NCBI GenBank assembly: GCA_002256025.1
Contig: NKIB01013929.1
Location: 1-49,802, forward strand
Source: Asterionella formosa
Lineage: Eukaryota
Reading direction: 5' to 3'
Length of the DNA stretch: 49,802 nucleotides
The position numbers and the translations under genes were made by a program. This document shows positions 45,054 through 49,802 of the stretch, piece by piece (positions within the stretch are counted from its first letter, which is position 1; each line of letters opens with the position of its first letter). The notes under the pieces were generated by a model. It ran no database searches. It worked only from the letters and a program-made list of their open reading frames with translations, and had not been told where the DNA came from.

Positions 45054-47723
45054 CTAGTTCTCAATCGTTTCCAACTGAGCGATTAGTTTTTTGACAGGGG
45101 CGACCACGGCGACACTGAGATCATGAACGGAGTAATAATAAAAGTTGCAGAATGCTTTGAGTGTATTCTTGATCAATGTGAATCCCGTTGAGCTCCCGTC
45201 TTTATTTCGTGGCATCGTACCATCGATAATCACTCGAATTGAACGGCTGATATCATCAGCCTTGTCGCCGACAAGGTCACTCTGTATCATACAGCAGGCC
45301 AGCAAAATGAATCCATTACCAGCTGTTACGAGATTCTCGTCAGCGTCTTTGTCAAGATACGTATTCGAGCCTTGATGACAAACATCAGTTTCCTTACTCG
45401 ATTTGCCAAAGGTACCGTGCATTACACCATCGCGGAAAGACTCGGTTTGTGAAACCACCCAATGGGACAGCCAAGAAATAAAACCTTCTTCGGAAACAGA
45501 ACCCCTACCAACCTTGTGACGCGCCAGAATTTGCAGAAAGCCAACCGCTTCAATGGCGTTTGTCAGAGTGTTGAGACAAAATATTGTAATATCGTAAGCC
45601 AATGGAACATAGAGTCCCTTGACATTCAAGTCCTTTGCGTTCTTCGAATCTACAACCCTGAACAACAAATCAGCAATCACCTCTGGTCCCAGCTGCTCGT
45701 CCTTGCTGAAGAATGTATACCCCTTCATAAGTTGACCGTCTGCGACTGAATTCTCATGCGATAAACTGGTCAACGTTCTAATCGAAATAAGAGCAATCTC
45801 GTGAACTAACAAAGCATCGTCCACGTGTATCGTGAGAGTCGATGATCCATTTATTTGACCTGAAATAAAGTCAAGGAACTGGAGGATACTTCCTATGATG
45901 CATCCATACGAGCAAAACTCTTGTCGATTTGGCGCGCTGAGACAGCACGCTCCGTCAATCAAAGATGCCAGAATGGTCAACCGATGATGCATGTCCGCGA
46001 GACATGCGGAGCACCGTTTATGTGATCCCAAAGTAGCCATGACAGCCGCCAAGGTCTCCGCCATACCGCGTGCCAAGCGTGGCAATGAGCCACTTTTTCT
46101 AAGCAGGAAATTTGTCATCATAAATGGATTGGTGGCTTCTTCCTTTCTAAAACTTTCCTCTTCCGTCTCTTCATTTGAATGGATATTTGGAATCACATGA
46201 GCTGCTTCGTCGTCCAAGTTGTCGATGCACGAATCTTCGTCGCCTTCCTTCCCCTGTACGATACGAAGCATGGCTTCCAACGCGATCATCGCAGGAGATA
46301 TGGTCGTTGTTATTCCGCATGTGTGCTGGACCTCGCGTTTGACCTCTATCCCCACTAATTTGGAACGGATCTCGGTCAACAAGTTTTGAGTCTTGGTGAT
46401 ACTAGGAGACGCATCGTCAGATCCACTGAAGGTTCCTCCCTTGACATGCGATGTTTCAGATGCAAAGCTCAGTGCATCATTAATGGGCTCACCAGTTTCC
46501 TCAATAATTACAGTATCTTTCACATCTTCAGGAATCTTATCTAAGTCGTTTGGAATTTTCTTGACGACAATTCTCCTTCGCTTTCGTTGCCGCCGTCCAA
46601 AGCTTGTCGGGTCACCCTTGGATGATTCAGTCGCAGCTGAGCTTGCATTGCTGCCTTGTTCATCCAACACTGACAGTGGTGCTTCTGGTTGGGGGTAATT
46701 GGGCAAACAGTCCATGATTTCCACAGCTTCCTTTGCGTGAAGGATTCGTCGTACCACTGGCTCGTGTAATATGAGGGATGCCAAACCAAGAACTGCTACA
46801 GACTGCTCCAACACCAACGTCCGCAACTTTCGGGCCTCCCCAGCCGTATGAGATGCAGAGTGTGAGGATGTAGTGCAATCCCATGATATAAAATGAGCCA
46901 CAATTGCCAACGCTTCCAGCGCTGTATCAGTCAATCGTCGTTTGGTCATTGTTGCCTTGGTCTTGCTGGTTGTCCGGCCACGTCTGGTACATGCTGTTTC
47001 TTGACTGGACGGTACCGTCAAATCATCTGCGTCGTTGTAGATGGTACTCTGATGCTGGAACTTATTTGTTCCTGTACATGATGTTTCAAATTGCGAGTCG
47101 CAAAAGTCATCTTTTCTGTCTACCGGTAGTCCAAACTCAAAATTACACGGCGTTGGTGCGGATATATTGGACAAGACAGTCAATATCCCATCCATAATGG
47201 AAATTTGTTCAGTGTTGGTCCATAGCATTCTCCTCGTTTTCTGCAACGACATCATCAATGCCAGTTCACATAGTGCATTGGTTGGATCTGACATGGTCGG
47301 AATAGTTGAGCACAGGTACAATGTGTCGTCGTGGACCATTCGGTAGGATCCCGAGTGTTGAACGGCGAATACGTCCGTCCCAGCTCCTCGTACCGGTTTG
47401 AAGGTCGACAAGTCGTTCTCACTACTACTGTTGCAGCTGTGGTTGCTCCTCCTCGTCGTTGCGAGTAATAGGCGCTTGCGAGACGCAGCCTCCATGTTAT
47501 TCGTAGTGGTTGGGGAAAGCGAAAATCGTACCACTTTTTCTTGTTTTGTTATTTCTTGTTCCAACTCACGCCACGGTTCGTCCTCCTTGGTTCGTTGAAG
47601 TTTGATGCGACTTGCCTTGGTTCGTCCTCGACTACTCTTGGCACTCGAGGATGTTGTGCTGTACGATGCGAGCGTTGATTGAGAACCGTTCAAGCCTTCA
47701 TCAAAGTCCAAATGATTGTCCAT
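45054..47723 (-). CDS. WAPL: WAPL-like cohesin release factor (HEAT-like C-terminal domain), 889 aa
   Basis: Disordered N-terminus, then SGSYRMVHDDTLYL (cf. GE...F.DD..Y.L), IRTLTSLSHEN (LRVLLNLT.DN), YDITIFCLNTLTNAIE (FD...L.LGLL.NLVE), VTAGNGFILLAC (IVA.Y.ALLLGC) and LKAFCNF, in the expected order. Confidence 0.68.
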   Translation of the reverse strand: MDNHLDFDEGLNGSQSTLASYSTTSSSAKSSRGRTKASRIKLQRTKEDEPWRELEQEITKQEKVVRFSLSPTTTNNMEAASRKRLLLATTRRSNHSCNSSSENDLSTFKPVRGAGTDVFAVQHSGSYRMVHDDTLYLCSTIPTMSDPTNALCELALMMSLQKTRRMLWTNTEQISIMDGILTVLSNISAPTPCNFEFGLPVDRKDDFCDSQFETSCTGTNKFQHQSTIYNDADDLTVPSSQETACTRRGRTTSKTKATMTKRRLTDTALEALAIVAHFISWDCTTSSHSASHTAGEARKLRTLVLEQSVAVLGLASLILHEPVVRRILHAKEAVEIMDCLPNYPQPEAPLSVLDEQGSNASSAATESSKGDPTSFGRRQRKRRRIVVKKIPNDLDKIPEDVKDTVIIEETGEPINDALSFASETSHVKGGTFSGSDDASPSITKTQNLLTEIRSKLVGIEVKREVQHTCGITTTISPAMIALEAMLRIVQGKEGDEDSCIDNLDDEAAHVIPNIHSNEETEEESFRKEEATNPFMMTNFLLRKSGSLPRLARGMAETLAAVMATLGSHKRCSACLADMHHRLTILASLIDGACCLSAPNRQEFCSYGCIIGSILQFLDFISGQINGSSTLTIHVDDALLVHEIALISIRTLTSLSHENSVADGQLMKGYTFFSKDEQLGPEVIADLLFRVVDSKNAKDLNVKGLYVPLAYDITIFCLNTLTNAIEAVGFLQILARHKVGRGSVSEEGFISWLSHWVVSQTESFRDGVMHGTFGKSSKETDVCHQGSNTYLDKDADENLVTAGNGFILLACCMIQSDLVGDKADDISRSIRVIIDGTMPRNKDGSSTGFTLIKNTLKAFCNFYYYSVHDLSVAVVAPVKKLIAQLETIEN

Positions 47724-49456
47724 GGTTGCTATTCAAAACTGAGACAAGGGCAATCTGAAGTTTGTAGTTCGTGCAATTACACTTTAAGTAGCTCTAGTAT
47801 AATGAGGATGTGTGGTTGTTGGTTTGAGTCTTTCCATGATGTATACAGTATAATCATTGCTATGGTATTGCATTCACTTAAACTTGGATATGTGCAAGAC
47901 AAGGCCGGGGCGGTCTCAAACAAGCGACGCCACGCTCCTCAGTTCTTACCTCTTTTTTATAAAATAATAATGAAGGGTAAGTAATACCTTAAGGCATCAG
48001 TCGTAACAAACTGTTGAGACTTGCTTTGTTGTTACCTCCACACATTATGTCTCGGTAGACTCGAGACTAATGGCAGTTCATCAGATTTTGTGTATGTGTA
48101 CACTTCCCTGAGGAATCAAGTACCATTGTTGCCAAATCACACGGTCACTTTTGACATTTCAAAAGGAAGAACCTTCCGTCTCGAATCCTCTTTTTGCTAT
48201 TTTCTACGTAGCTACCGGTAGACATGTAGAAAATTGTTTTTTTGAAAAAATTCTGCCTTTGTGGATACGGTAGTTGCTTGACGGTTTTTACTGTTGGTGG
48301 ATTTGACATAAAAAACTAACCACCGGTATACCGGTATGCATTTACACTTCATGATGGATATCGGGCCACAAGTATGCTGTGACATCGCAATGCAAGTAGA
48401 CTACACGGTAGGTAAAATATTGTTTTCTTTTAATGTACGGATTATCATGAGATGCATGTACAGTATATGCATCCCCTGTATAAATACAGTAGTGGGCGTG
48501 CTTCGAAATTATAATTTTATTTATTTGTGGTGTCCATTATGTGTATTATCTACACAATTTGTTGTACTTAAATCCCAAAAATTTGTGTTTGTGTTGACCA
48601 AATGCCATTTTGGTACCAGGTACTCCCTTTGGGCGAAAACAATTGCATCAATTCCTAAAATTTCTCCAGGTCATTTTCTAGACTTCTACAATTTTCTCCA
48701 GCTCAATTTTCCTAATGAGTCCAATCAAATAAACAAGTACAGATCCATGTATAACCTAAATGTAGTAAATGTACAATTGGCAATTACGAATCAAAAAACG
48801 TTTTTAGGCTTTTTCGATTTTCACCTCTGGCTATCTTGAGAAAAATGCAGAAGAATGAGGACAATTTTTCATCGAACCATCTTTTCTCAACATACATACA
48901 AAGTTCAATATACCAGAACTAGGACAAAGGTAACTTGCATTCAATTATGAAATGTGCAACCATGAAAGTGGCAATGAAGGGAAGGAAGAAAATGACAGCA
49001 TGCTTGTTTTGATGATTGAAACTGTTAAATAGCTGGCAGTTTGGTCCCTGTAAATGTAGCAACTGTAGAAACTATATGAGCGTTGAAGTTCACCCAGAGG
49101 ATCAGTTATATGACAGTTTCGACTAAGCCATGATGATGTGATTGGAAAACTATCTTCCACATGAAAGCTTTGAGCTTCAGTTTCTTTGGTGGATCCTGCA
49201 ATAGTACTTGACCAAACCATTATAAATTTGGTCATGGAATTCAGAGCCTGGCTGGTGTCTCAAGACTTTGAAATTTTTTCTCAAACTCACAATGTCTCAT
49301 CCAGAAGATCAAATGACCTTGTGAGAGAATGATTGAGTGTCATTGTCATTTTCTCTGTGCCCCATGCATGGTGGCAGCAACTGTTTGAATTGAATCATAT
49401 AATGAAAGATTCTGACCTGCAGAATACTGAACAGTTTGCACAAGTGCGATAAAAGC

Positions 49457-49802
49457 TACATCTAAGACGCGAAATACGCCACTTTTCGAAATTTCGTCTA
49501 CGTATGAGTGTTAATTATGTGGTACTTCACATGCATTAATGCCACTCTTCACGTAAAAAAGATTACTTTTAACTGTTTTATGTGAAGTTTTAACTGTTTC
49601 ATGTGAAGTTTTCACAATGAATTTTGAACGCGAGACTGAATTAGTTGATGTTTCAAATAATTCATTTGACTTTTCGAAATTTCGTTTACATACGAGTGTT
49701 AATTATGTGGTACTTCACATGCATTAATGCCACTCTTCACGTAAAAAGGTTACTTTTAACGGTTTCATGTGAAGTTTTAACGGTTTCATGTGAAGTTTTA
49801 AC
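49457..49802 (+). mobile_element. Left end of another copy of the CATCTAAGCC TIR element, running off the window, with an internal duplication
   Basis: TA|CATCTAAGACGCGAAATACGCCACTTTTCGAAATTT matches 37334 onward. The segment from about 49482 is repeated from about 49670, with 21-bp TTTTAAC.GTTTCATGTGAAG units. Confidence 0.88.

Noticed and set aside
48945..49440. Possible transposase relic before the last TIR element
   Set aside because: CpG-poor and TE-like, but I found no recognisable motif in the frames I read.

Overview
Eukaryotic nuclear DNA, most likely from a diatom. This is inferred from short GT-AG introns, several ASAFAP-type bipartite plastid presequences, and RT relics resembling diatom Copia (CoDi) and LINE elements; the species cannot be determined. 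Thirteen protein-coding genes lie in compact islands: a mitochondrial carrier, MetAP1, a UNR/CSDE1-like multi-cold-shock protein, CCDC115/Vma22-like, ALDH22-like, WAPL-like, EBP/EXPERA-like, and several plastid-targeted or unknown proteins. AT-rich, CpG-poor blocks of decayed mobile DNA separate the islands. These hold Copia RT, LINE RT, two pogo DDE relics, a Mutator-like transposase, a possible tyrosine recombinase, a 2.4-kb TA-flanked TIR element with three copies or ends, and two tRNA-like SINE heads. The most striking unexplained signal is a family of self-complementary TACCAGG/CCTGGTA/TACCGGTA mosaics. They cluster upstream of most genes and at points where transposon relics are cut off. 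All family assignments come from motif recognition by eye; no searches were run.
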